Source: Bacillota bacterium (GTDB lineage Bacteria; Bacillota_I; Bacilli_A; RF39; UBA660). Taken from it: a DNA stretch of 64,000 nt. The number at the start of each line of letters is the position of its first letter. Position 1 is the stretch's first letter. The notes under the pieces were generated by a model. It made no database searches. It worked only from the letters and a program-made list of their open reading frames with translations, and was not told the origin of the DNA. The translations under genes and the position numbers were made by a program. Location: assembly GCA_015059445.1 (NCBI GenBank), contig SVAK01000005.1, positions 4,757 to 68,756 on the forward strand, read 5' to 3'. Below are positions 29,438 to 37,630 of this stretch, piece after piece.

Positions 29438-29450
29438 TTTAAGTAACATA

Positions 29451-29576
29451 TTATTTACTTTGGTTATTATTACGAGCTTTATTATTTGATTGAGACTTGT
29501 TGTTAGCTTTATTATTAGCTTGATTAGCTCTATTATTAGCTCTGTTATTATTTTTTTGACTATTACTATTTCTCAT
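29451..29576 (-). CDS. 41-aa Asn/Lys/Arg-rich low-complexity peptide
   Basis: perfect SD AGGAGGTAAGAAAA-ATG; MRNSNSQKNNNRANNRANQANNKANNKSQSNNKARNNNQSK; encoded by imperfect 12-nt tandem repeats ATTATTAGCT.. Confidence 0.3.
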   Translation of the reverse strand: MRNSNSQKNNNRANNRANQANNKANNKSQSNNKARNNNQSK

Positions 29577-29672
29577 TTTTCTTACCTCCTGCTATTATTA
29601 TGGTTGCTTTTCATTTATTAATACTTCTAAAAATTATAATTTTTTGGTAATAACTGGACATAATAATATTAA

Positions 29673-29699
29673 TTAGCACTAATTGTTGACAAGTGCTAA
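29673..29699 (+). promoter_or_regulatory. CIRCE (HrcA operator) overlapping the clpB promoter
   Basis: TTAGCACTA-N9-AAGTGCTAA vs consensus TTAGCACTC-N9-GAGTGCTAA; -35 TTGACA 29686-29691, 16 nt, -10 TATAAT 29708-29713. Confidence 0.7.
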
Positions 29700-29738
29700 T
29701 TAATGAGTATAATTATTGTTTAGAAGGGGATGATTTTT

Positions 29739-31829
29739 ATGAATGTAAATAATCAAGAAGAGAATGTATTAGAAAAATACGGTCGCAATATTAATGAAGC
29801 CGTAAATAATAGAAAAACCGATCCAGTTATTGGAAGAGAGGAAGAAATTAGAAGCATTACAAGAATTCTTTCACGCAAAACTAAAAACAATCCTGTTTTG
29901 ATTGGAGAACCTGGTGTCGGTAAAACTGCAATCGTAGAGGGACTAGTTCAAAGGATAATTAAGGGTGATGTGCCATCAAGTTTAAAAGATAAAACTGTTT
30001 GGGAACTTGATTTGGCCGCATTAATAGCAGGAGCCAAATATCGAGGAGAATTTGAAGAAAGATTAGAAAAAGTTCTACACGAAATTAAAAAAAGCGAAGG
30101 CAATATTATTATGTTTATTGATGAAATACATATGATTGTCGGCGCTGGGGCTTTAGAGGGCGCCATGGATGCTGGTAATATTTTAAAACCCTTACTTGCT
30201 CGTGGCGAAGTACATGTTATTGGGGCTACGACTTTAAAAGAATATCGTAAATATATTGAGAAAGATGAAGCACTAGAAAGAAGATTTCAAAAAGTAAAAG
30301 TATCAGAGCCAACAGTAGAAGACACTATTACTATACTAAGAGGTTTAAAAGAACGTTTTGAAGTTCATCATGGTGTATCCATTCAAGATAAAGCATTAGT
30401 TAGTGCTGCTGTTCTGTCAAATCGTTATATTACTGATAGATATTTACCTGATAAAGCAATAGATTTAGTAGATGAAGCCTGTGCTACTATTAGAGTTCAA
30501 ATGGACAGCGTTCCAACAACACTTGATGAATTAACCAGAAAAATCATGAGATTAGAAATCGAAAAAGAAGCTATTAACAAAGAGAAAGATAATTTAGCTA
30601 ATAAGAGGAAAGAAGAAATTGAAACCGAGTTAAACAATTTAAAAACTGAAGAAGCTAAATTAAAGGCACTATGGAATCAAGAGAAAGATAATTTAACAAA
30701 TATTAACAAGAAAAAAAGCGAGTTAGAAAAAGCTAGATATGAACTGGAAGTTGCAGAAAATAATTATGATTTAGAAAAAGCTGCTAAATTACGACATGGT
30801 GTTATTCCAGAACTAGAAAAAGAATTGACAAATGCTCAAAAAGAAAATAATAATAAACTATTAACTGATATTGTAACAAGCGATTATATTGCAGAGGTAA
30901 TATGCAAACTTACAAATATCCCGGTTTCTAAATTAATGAGTAGTGAAAAAGAAAAATTATTACATTTAGAAGATAATTTAAGAAAAAGAGTTAAAGGTCA
31001 AGAAGAAGCCCTAAGATTAGTTAGCAACGCTATTATTAGAAGTAGAAGCGGAATCAAAGATCCAAATAGACCAATCGGTTCCTTTATATTTTTAGGGCCT
31101 ACTGGAGTAGGGAAGACTGAAGTCGCTAAAAGTTTAGCATTTGAATTATTTGATGACGAACATCACATGGTTAGAATTGATATGTCTGAATACATGGAAA
31201 AATATTCTGTTTCTAGACTAATTGGCGCTGCTCCTGGTTATATTGGATATGAAGAGGGTGGCCAACTTACTGAAGCGGTCAGAAGAAATCCTTATAGCAT
31301 TGTATTATTTGATGAAATTGAAAAAGCCCATCCAGAAGTCTTGAATTTACTATTACAAATACTTGACGACGGAAGACTTACAGATTCTAATGGAAGAACA
31401 GTAGATTTTAAAAACACTATTATTATAATGACTTCTAATGTTGGTAGTGAGCATATATTAGAAGGGCGCCAAGAAAAAGTATTGAATGAATTACACCATT
31501 ATTTTAAACCAGAATTTTTGAACAGAATTGATGAAATTATAATGTTTAATAAATTAGAAAAAGCAGTTTTAATAGATATTTTAGATAAAATAATTAAAAA
31601 TATAGAATCATATTTAAAAGATAATGATATTCATATTAAATTATCAGACGATGCAGCTAAATACTTTGTAGATAATGGTTATGACGAAGCATTTGGAGCT
31701 CGTCCATTAAAACGATTTGTAACTAAAGAATTAGAAACCATTCTAGCTAAAAAATTAATTGATGGGAAGATTAAATATGGTGATACAATAAATATATTAC
31801 TAAAAGATAATAAGATTGTCATAGAATAA
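29739..31829 (+). CDS. clpB: chaperone ClpB lacking N-domain
   Basis: two AAA modules (GEPGVGKT; GPTGVGKT), long coiled-coil M-domain; start ATG 29739 preferred (RBS AGAAGGGGA 9 nt upstream). Confidence 0.9.
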   Translation: MNVNNQEENVLEKYGRNINEAVNNRKTDPVIGREEEIRSITRILSRKTKNNPVLIGEPGVGKTAIVEGLVQRIIKGDVPSSLKDKTVWELDLAALIAGAKYRGEFEERLEKVLHEIKKSEGNIIMFIDEIHMIVGAGALEGAMDAGNILKPLLARGEVHVIGATTLKEYRKYIEKDEALERRFQKVKVSEPTVEDTITILRGLKERFEVHHGVSIQDKALVSAAVLSNRYITDRYLPDKAIDLVDEACATIRVQMDSVPTTLDELTRKIMRLEIEKEAINKEKDNLANKRKEEIETELNNLKTEEAKLKALWNQEKDNLTNINKKKSELEKARYELEVAENNYDLEKAAKLRHGVIPELEKELTNAQKENNNKLLTDIVTSDYIAEVICKLTNIPVSKLMSSEKEKLLHLEDNLRKRVKGQEEALRLVSNAIIRSRSGIKDPNRPIGSFIFLGPTGVGKTEVAKSLAFELFDDEHHMVRIDMSEYMEKYSVSRLIGAAPGYIGYEEGGQLTEAVRRNPYSIVLFDEIEKAHPEVLNLLLQILDDGRLTDSNGRTVDFKNTIIIMTSNVGSEHILEGRQEKVLNELHHYFKPEFLNRIDEIIMFNKLEKAVLIDILDKIIKNIESYLKDNDIHIKLSDDAAKYFVDNGYDEAFGARPLKRFVTKELETILAKKLIDGKIKYGDTINILLKDNKIVIE

Positions 31830-31832
31830 TTA

Positions 31833-31862
31833 AAGATATAGTAAACAAAATTACTATATCTT
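31833..31862. terminator. bidirectional terminator between convergent clpB and zupT
   Basis: AAGATATAGTAA-ACAAAA-TTACTATATCTT. Confidence 0.6.
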
Positions 31863-32612
31863 TTAAAATGCAAAATGATTGAATAAAATCAATATTATCC
31901 CTAATAGCAACCCTAGATAAATAAATTTATCTTCTTTATAACTCAATGCTTTTGGTAGCATTTCATTTATAGCTAAGGTTATCATAATTCCTGCCACAAA
32001 TAATAAGACAATACTAATCATCAAATCATTAACATACCGTTTTAAAAATATAAATGCCAGAAATGCGCCTAAGGGTTCTGCTAATCCCGATAAAAACGTG
32101 TTATATAAGGCTTTTTTCTTAGAACCCGTAGCATAATAAATTGGTACTGCAATAGAAATGCCTTCAGGGATATTATGTAACATAATTGCAAAGGACAATT
32201 TAATGCCTAAGGTTGTATCTTTGACGCTGCCTATAAAAGTTGCAATACCCTCAGGAAAATTATGAAGCACTAAAGCAATCATACTCAATATTCCTAATTT
32301 ATATAAAGAATTATTTTTATTATTATCCATTAATTTATTAATAATTATTACCGATATAATACCAATTGTAAAAGAGAGCAGAGCAATAGTAATACCTGTA
32401 ATAAATTTGTAACTAACCATGACATTAAAAAAAGATGATGGCATTAAATCTGTTATGCTTATTCCAATCATTATAGCAATAGAAAAAGATAAACACAAAG
32501 AAATAAATTTATTAATTTTCTCTGGTTTGATATTAAAGAATATTAGTATTCCTCCGAGTAGAGTAGACATACCAGCTACAGTAGATATTAATAAAGCATT
32601 AACAGTATTCAT
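31863..32612 (-). CDS. zupT: ZIP-family zinc transporter
   Basis: HNFPEGIATF and HNIPEGISIAVP motifs, 8 TM. Confidence 0.8.
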   Translation of the reverse strand: MNTVNALLISTVAGMSTLLGGILIFFNIKPEKINKFISLCLSFSIAIMIGISITDLMPSSFFNVMVSYKFITGITIALLSFTIGIISVIIINKLMDNNKNNSLYKLGILSMIALVLHNFPEGIATFIGSVKDTTLGIKLSFAIMLHNIPEGISIAVPIYYATGSKKKALYNTFLSGLAEPLGAFLAFIFLKRYVNDLMISIVLLFVAGIMITLAINEMLPKALSYKEDKFIYLGLLLGIILILFNHFAF

Positions 32613-32785
32613 TTACTTCACCTAATAAAATGATATGTCAAATATAACTAAAACATTTACCACGGATAAAAAAATAAGTAAAAACTTATTTATATTATAT
32701 TACCAAAAGATATTAGAAGTAAAATAAATAGCCAAAATACAACAAATAAAATCATCGTTAGATAATAATTTTTTTCAAGGATGTT

Positions 32786-32813
32786 GGTTTACATAATATA
32801 GACGACTCTAAAT
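32786..32813. other. degenerate dif-like site (attL of prophage)
   Basis: GGTTTACATAA-TATAGA-CGACTCTAAAT: first 15 nt identical to 38402-38416; XerD-arm (rc TTATGTAAACC) intact, second arm degenerate. Confidence 0.6.
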
Positions 32814-32822
32814 GTAAAGAAA

Positions 32823-32852
32823 AAGACAGGTAGTATTACTTGTCTTCTTTTT
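32823..32852 (-). terminator. terminator of prophage leftward transcript
   Basis: AAGACAGGTA-GTAT-TACTTGTCTT (one G-U), U-tract on minus strand. Confidence 0.5.
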
Positions 32853-33009
32853 AAATTTTTAAACCTTGAAAAAAACCTTTTATCATTGCTTTTAATAGGT
32901 CAAATGCATTTTCAAATCCAACTACAAATCCAAACATCATAAAAATAGCAAATAGTCCAAATAAAATTAATATTATTTTTTTAATTATTTGGGTTAATAT
33001 TTTCCCCAT
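32851..33009 (-). CDS. 52-aa hydrophobic protein (prophage)
   Basis: MGKILTQIIKKIILILFGLFAIFMMFGFVVGF...; overlaps RHH gene end in another frame. Confidence 0.35.
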   Translation of the reverse strand: MGKILTQIIKKIILILFGLFAIFMMFGFVVGFENAFDLLKAMIKGFFQGLKI

Positions 33010-33157
33010 TATTTTTTACTTCCTTATTTTTTTCTAAGTATTTCATTAAAATAGTTACTATTAAATTATTTAAACTTCTATTTTCGTCAAGAGCTATTTT
33101 ATCTAGTTCTTTTTTTATTTCTTCGCTAGTTCTTAAAGTTATAATTACATTATTCAT
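32981..33157 (-). CDS. ribbon-helix-helix (CopG/Arc-like) regulator (prophage)
   Basis: 58 aa from ATG 33157 (RBS AAAGGA): MNNVIITLRTSEEIKKELDKIALDENRSLNNLIVTILMKYL; the longer TTG-initiated ORF in the track is probably an over-extension. Confidence 0.55.
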   Translation of the reverse strand: MNNVIITLRTSEEIKKELDKIALDENRSLNNLIVTILMKYLEKNKEVKNNGENINPNN

Positions 33158-33186
33158 TTCTCTTGTCCTTTCGTTGATATTATTAT

Positions 33187-33271
33187 ACTTGCATTTGTAT
33201 ACATAAGATACTTGCATTTGTATTCTTTTTGATATATAATGTATGCATACAAATGATAGCGTTTGTATAAC
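33187..33271. promoter_or_regulatory. operator array between divergent prophage genes
   Basis: ACTTGCATTTGTATAC (33187-33202) and ACTTGCATTTGTATTC (33210-33225) 23 bp apart, inverted copy GTATGCATACAAATG (33241-33255), GCGTTTGTATAAC (33259-33271); -10 TATATAAT 33233-33240. Confidence 0.45.
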
Positions 33272-33330
33272 CACAATTAACAAATCTTGTCCTTTTGTTT
33301 TTGTGGTCTTAGGACAAGAAAGGATAAAAA

Positions 33331-33495
33331 ATGAATAGGGAACAAAGAAGAAAAGTCTCTAAAAAAGAAAAACAGGAAAATTATGAAAGCATTATGTACT
33401 GGGTTAATAATTTAGAAAAGTTTATGGAATTAAGTAAAGAAGAACAAATAGAAGCCATAAACGAATTAAGAAAGGAAGCAGAAAAATGGAAATAA
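33331..33495 (+). CDS. 54-aa basic protein (prophage)
   Basis: RBS AAGAAAGGA; MNREQRRKVSKKEKQENYESIMYWVNNLEKFMELSKEEQIEAINELRKEAEKWK. Confidence 0.35.
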   Translation: MNREQRRKVSKKEKQENYESIMYWVNNLEKFMELSKEEQIEAINELRKEAEKWK

Positions 33496-33794
33496 AAATA
33501 GTATTAATAAATGCAATGAAATATAAGGACAAAGAAACAGGAATGCCAAAAGTTAGAATTGGTTATGTACCATTTGGAAAGGAAGCTTTAAGAAATGAAG
33601 AAAAATTTAAAGGTTTTACTGAACTTGGGGGATATACTGATAGAGTTGAAGTTTTAGAAGAATTAAAGGACAATGATTTTATGCAAGAAGCTACATTAGT
33701 TGGGGAAGAAATAACAAGCCCCAGAAACCCATTTAAAAAGACTATGAAGCTTACAAAATTAATTACAAAAAATGCGACTATTAGTTTACTATAA
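33486..33794 (+). CDS. prophage protein, 102 aa (candidate ssDNA-binding protein by position/size)
   Basis: ORF in prophage operon; function speculative. Confidence 0.35.
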   Translation: MEIKIVLINAMKYKDKETGMPKVRIGYVPFGKEALRNEEKFKGFTELGGYTDRVEVLEELKDNDFMQEATLVGEEITSPRNPFKKTMKLTKLITKNATISLL

Positions 33795-34095
33795 TCCAAA
33801 AAAAGATAAATTTGTAGTTAATTATAAAGAAGATCGACACCACCCATTAGAATTATTTACTTATAACTTTTATGGAAATTTAGTAGTTCAATATATATAC
33901 ATACTAGATAGAAAAGTTTTTTGGAACTATAAAAAATATTCTAAATACTATCACAAAAAATACAAAACCCCTCAACCTAGTTTAAGATATAGACTAGGAC
34001 AAAAAATAATAAATCTAGGAATGAAAGTAGCATTTGGATCAACTGATAGAAATGAATTTATAAAAGTAAATCAATGGTGGAATAAAAGGTATTAA
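33772..34095 (+). CDS. prophage protein, 107 aa, basic
   Basis: ORF in operon, overlapping start. Confidence 0.3.
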   Translation: MRLLVYYNPKKDKFVVNYKEDRHHPLELFTYNFYGNLVVQYIYILDRKVFWNYKKYSKYYHKKYKTPQPSLRYRLGQKIINLGMKVAFGSTDRNEFIKVNQWWNKRY

Positions 34096-34141
34096 CTGAT
34101 TAGTTAATATAGATAATAGGACAAGTAGAAAGGAAGTTGTC

Positions 34142-34348
34142 ATGGAAGGTACAACAGGTGCAGGAATGGCTGAATTTGTAACAAGTGTAGTTACTGGTGT
34201 AACTGGAGAAATCACACTAACAACAGTAGCAACAGTAGTAGCATCAATTATCGGTGCAGGTATCGTAGCAATATTCGCATGGAAATTTGCTCGTAAAGGT
34301 TATGCATTCGTTAAAAATGCTTTATCAGGAAAAGGCGGAAGAATATAG
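34142..34348 (+). CDS. major coat protein-like (pVIII-like), 68 aa
   Basis: RBS GAAAGGAAG; hydrophobic core TLTTVATVVASIIGAGIVAIFAW followed by basic tail KFARKGYAFVKNALSGKGGRI; followed by terminator as in Ff gVIII. Confidence 0.55.
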   Translation: MEGTTGAGMAEFVTSVVTGVTGEITLTTVATVVASIIGAGIVAIFAWKFARKGYAFVKNALSGKGGRI

Positions 34349-34354
34349 TCGGAG

Positions 34355-34380
34355 GGTGGTTGGAAAGCCACCTTTTTTTA
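34355..34380 (+). terminator. intra-operon terminator after major coat gene
   Basis: GGTGG-TTGGAAAG-CCACC then T7. Confidence 0.5.
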
Positions 34381-34401
34381 TTTTAGAAAGAGAGGTTAAT
34401 T

Positions 34402-34533
34402 ATGAACGAAGCAATGACATCATTTTTAGTATTGGTAGGTGCTAGTGCCCCATTTTCAATAGCTTGGGTATTTGGCATAAAAGCTTATAGATTTATAGTA
34501 AATGCTTTATCAGGAAAGGATGCTAGACTTTAA
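34402..34533 (+). CDS. second small coat-like protein, 43 aa
   Basis: MNEAMTSFLVLVGASAPFSIAWVFGIKAYRFIVNALSGKDARL; shares VNALSGK tail with the 68-aa protein. Confidence 0.4.
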   Translation: MNEAMTSFLVLVGASAPFSIAWVFGIKAYRFIVNALSGKDARL

Positions 34534-35216
34534 TGCAAGGTTATTTAACTAAAAAATTTAATTTATCTGACGGAGTAAAATCTACATATTGGAAAATTAA
34601 AAATAGAAATCCTGAAGAACTTGGTGAAAGAAACACTGGAATTCATATCTTTTGTGGTCCACAGGGTAGTGGTAAATCATTATCAATGATCCACTATGCT
34701 AAAGAGATTATTAAAGACCACCCAAAAGCAATAATTGTAACCAATATTGATTTACAATTTGAAATATCAAATCAAGTTGTTAAATATTCAAGTTTTGAAG
34801 ATTTTAAAATAGAAAATGGTATTTATGGAGTTATTTATATATTAGATGAAATTCATTTAATTTTAAATAGTTTAGAAAGTAAAGGAGTACCATTATCAGT
34901 AATTGTTGAATTATCACAACAAAGAAAGCAAAGGAAATTAATTTTAGGTACTTCACAAGTTTATTCTCGTATGGCAAAACCATTAAGGGAGCAAGTCAAG
35001 AGCTGTATTATTTGTAAAAATTATTTTGGTTGTTTTCAATTTAATTATTTAATAAATGCTTTTGAAACTGAAGAGGGAAGCGACGGAAAGTTAAAATATT
35101 CAAAGTTGAAAACTAGTTTCTTTTTTCATAGAAAGGAAGATTATACAAATTATGACACTTATAAAAAAATGGATTCCTATATTGGTATTAATAATAATAT
35201 TAGTTCCTATAACTAG
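34533..35216 (+). CDS. Zot-like / filamentous-phage assembly protein pI (P-loop NTPase)
   Basis: GIHIFCGPQGSGKSLSMIHYA Walker A; ILDEIHL Walker B-like; 227 aa. Confidence 0.65.
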   Translation: MQGYLTKKFNLSDGVKSTYWKIKNRNPEELGERNTGIHIFCGPQGSGKSLSMIHYAKEIIKDHPKAIIVTNIDLQFEISNQVVKYSSFEDFKIENGIYGVIYILDEIHLILNSLESKGVPLSVIVELSQQRKQRKLILGTSQVYSRMAKPLREQVKSCIICKNYFGCFQFNYLINAFETEEGSDGKLKYSKLKTSFFFHRKEDYTNYDTYKKMDSYIGINNNISSYN

Positions 35217-35577
35217 TGTAAAAGCTCAAAGTTATACTGCAGAAGATACATTGTTAAGTAGTAATGTCCATGATTATTTTAATAATTATTTTAACGGGAA
35301 TAAGTCTTATCAGTATTTTGGTTATGCTTGTGGAGATAGAACATGTTATTACGGAATAGATTCAGATCATAATTATGTAAATATTACTTATACAAGTACA
35401 AGTGGTTATGGTTATGATTATGTCATTTCTACAGGTGTAGACGAAAACTTTAGTGTATCAGGGTCAAATGTATTTAAAAAAGAAATAAACGATTCTAGAG
35501 TCATTTTAATGGCTTTAGCATTAATAACTGCGATTATAACTATTGCGGCAATGAATAGAGGTGTAGATAATGATTAA
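35152..35577 (+). CDS. prophage membrane protein, 141 aa
   Basis: signal/TM N-terminus and C-terminal TM; overlaps pI-like gene in another frame. Confidence 0.3.
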   Translation: MTLIKKWIPILVLIIILVPITSVKAQSYTAEDTLLSSNVHDYFNNYFNGNKSYQYFGYACGDRTCYYGIDSDHNYVNITYTSTSGYGYDYVISTGVDENFSVSGSNVFKKEINDSRVILMALALITAIITIAAMNRGVDND

Positions 35578-35688
35578 AAACATTTTAAGTAGTCTTACAG
35601 GATCATTTTTTAGGACAATAGGAAGAATACTTGCTTATGTGCTAATAGGTGGAATTATAGCTTATTTAGTAAGTTTAAAGGGGTAAAT

Positions 35689-37212
35689 ATGAAAAAATAT
35701 ATAAAATTTATAGTTTTGTTTTTATGTTTATTTATTTTTACAAGTAAAGTATCGGCTAAATCAAAAGAAATAACAGACGCAACATTTAATAATACTAATA
35801 TACCATATTCAATGAATTTAAATGCAAATGCAACAAACAGACCGTTATTCTATGTCACATTAGATTCAACTGATGCAATTAACTATAACTATGGTTATTA
35901 TAAAATATGCGGAACTGGAGAAATAAGCGTTACACAAGATGGAGATTGTACGGACGGATGTTTAGATAGCCAAATTAATAAAGTGTATGCCAAAAATGAA
36001 ACATGTACAGTAAATAATCAAGAAGGAAAAGTAACATATATATTTTTTACAATAAAACAATGGGAAGTTGGCAGTGGAACAACATCTATTTGGCAATTAA
36101 AAGATTATATGATATTTAAAAATATATCAACTAATAGTTCAAATTATAAAATTACTAATGTTGTATTATCAGATACTGACTTATACCCAACATTTGAACA
36201 AGCAAACGCGCAAAATGAAACTAATGATAAATTAGGAAGTTTAGAAGAAAGTATTCAAGATGGTTTTAATTCATGTAGTGAAAGTTATAATATATTTGAT
36301 CCAAGTGGAACATTATACAATGGAAAAGGTATTGGAAGTGATGGCTCAATAATAACTGATAGTACAGGGTCTTATTATGATTTATATATTAAAGTAGAGC
36401 CTAATACCACATATACATTATCAAATAAAAATGACGAAGAATTAAAAGGTGCTTGGTTTATTGTTTATTATGGAAGCTCTAAAAATTATTTATCAATGTC
36501 AAAATATGATACACCAGGTACTTCATTAACATTTAGCACTTCATCAAATGCACAATATGTAAGATTATATTCATATTTAAATTTAGCTAATGTAAATTCA
36601 CTTGAAAATATTATGATAGCAAAAGGTAGTACAAAAAAAGCATTTCAACCTTATGGAGAAGTTTGTCAAAATAAATTAGATACTCAAATTGACCAAAATC
36701 AAACAATAATAGACCAAAACGAAGAAACCAATAATTTAATTGGTGGCGAAAGCGATGATATTACAAGTAAATCTTGTGGTATGATTTGTAAATTAAAAGC
36801 CGTTATTAATTTTATAAACCCATTAAGTAAAGATTTCTTTGCTTATAAGTTAGTTGAATTAATGCTGAATATGTTAAAAAGTTTATTTATTCCAGAAGAT
36901 ATGGATTTTGTAACTAATTTTGTAGAAGCATTAGAATCAAAACTCGGTTTTATTGCTGCTATACCTGTAAAAATTATTGAATTTACAATGAGTCTAGCAA
37001 CTGCAACATGGAGTGAGTTTAAATCTATTCAACTTCCTAGTATATCTATATTTGGCTATAACTTTTGGAATGCTCAAGAAATAGATCTAACTGAAGCTAT
37101 AAATATATTTAAACCTTTTAAGTATGTAACTGATTGTATTTGTGTAGTTATTTGTGCTCAAACACTTAATAAATGGCGAGAAAAATTTACGGGAGGTGGC
37201 AGTGGTAAATGA
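35689..37212 (+). CDS. large secreted protein, candidate adsorption protein (pIII-like)
   Basis: 507 aa, signal peptide, Cys-containing N-terminal domains, hydrophobic C-terminal region. Confidence 0.45.
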   Translation: MKKYIKFIVLFLCLFIFTSKVSAKSKEITDATFNNTNIPYSMNLNANATNRPLFYVTLDSTDAINYNYGYYKICGTGEISVTQDGDCTDGCLDSQINKVYAKNETCTVNNQEGKVTYIFFTIKQWEVGSGTTSIWQLKDYMIFKNISTNSSNYKITNVVLSDTDLYPTFEQANAQNETNDKLGSLEESIQDGFNSCSESYNIFDPSGTLYNGKGIGSDGSIITDSTGSYYDLYIKVEPNTTYTLSNKNDEELKGAWFIVYYGSSKNYLSMSKYDTPGTSLTFSTSSNAQYVRLYSYLNLANVNSLENIMIAKGSTKKAFQPYGEVCQNKLDTQIDQNQTIIDQNEETNNLIGGESDDITSKSCGMICKLKAVINFINPLSKDFFAYKLVELMLNMLKSLFIPEDMDFVTNFVEALESKLGFIAAIPVKIIEFTMSLATATWSEFKSIQLPSISIFGYNFWNAQEIDLTEAINIFKPFKYVTDCICVVICAQTLNKWREKFTGGGSGK

Positions 37213-37484
37213 TACTAGAAGCATTATTCGGACTAATTACGGGTATTATTAATTTAATACCATTTGAACTTCCTAGTTTACCTGATAAGTTTCAAACAAC
37301 ACTAGATTTTATTTTTGACGGAATTACGAGTTCATTAGGTATTATAGATATGTTTATTGATTTAAAATTCTGGATTACCTGTGCAGTAGCAATGACTATT
37401 ATTTATAACATTAAGCATATTTGGAACGGAATTGTATTCTGTATTAACTTAATACCAAGTGTAAATGTTAGTTATTGGAATTAA
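37209..37484 (+). CDS. prophage membrane protein, 91 aa (pVI-like?)
   Basis: two hydrophobic helices; overlaps preceding stop. Confidence 0.35.
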   Translation: MILEALFGLITGIINLIPFELPSLPDKFQTTLDFIFDGITSSLGIIDMFIDLKFWITCAVAMTIIYNIKHIWNGIVFCINLIPSVNVSYWN

Positions 37485-37630
37485 TTTTAACCCTTGGGAG
37501 TTAATTGTTAGCAATGCTAACAATTAAGGGTGCAAGGGTAATAGCCATTCGGCGAATGAGAAAAAGTTAACCTTTCTACTTGACTAAAGGTTAACTTAAC
37601 CGAATTTTTTAAAAATGAAAGGGTAGTTAT

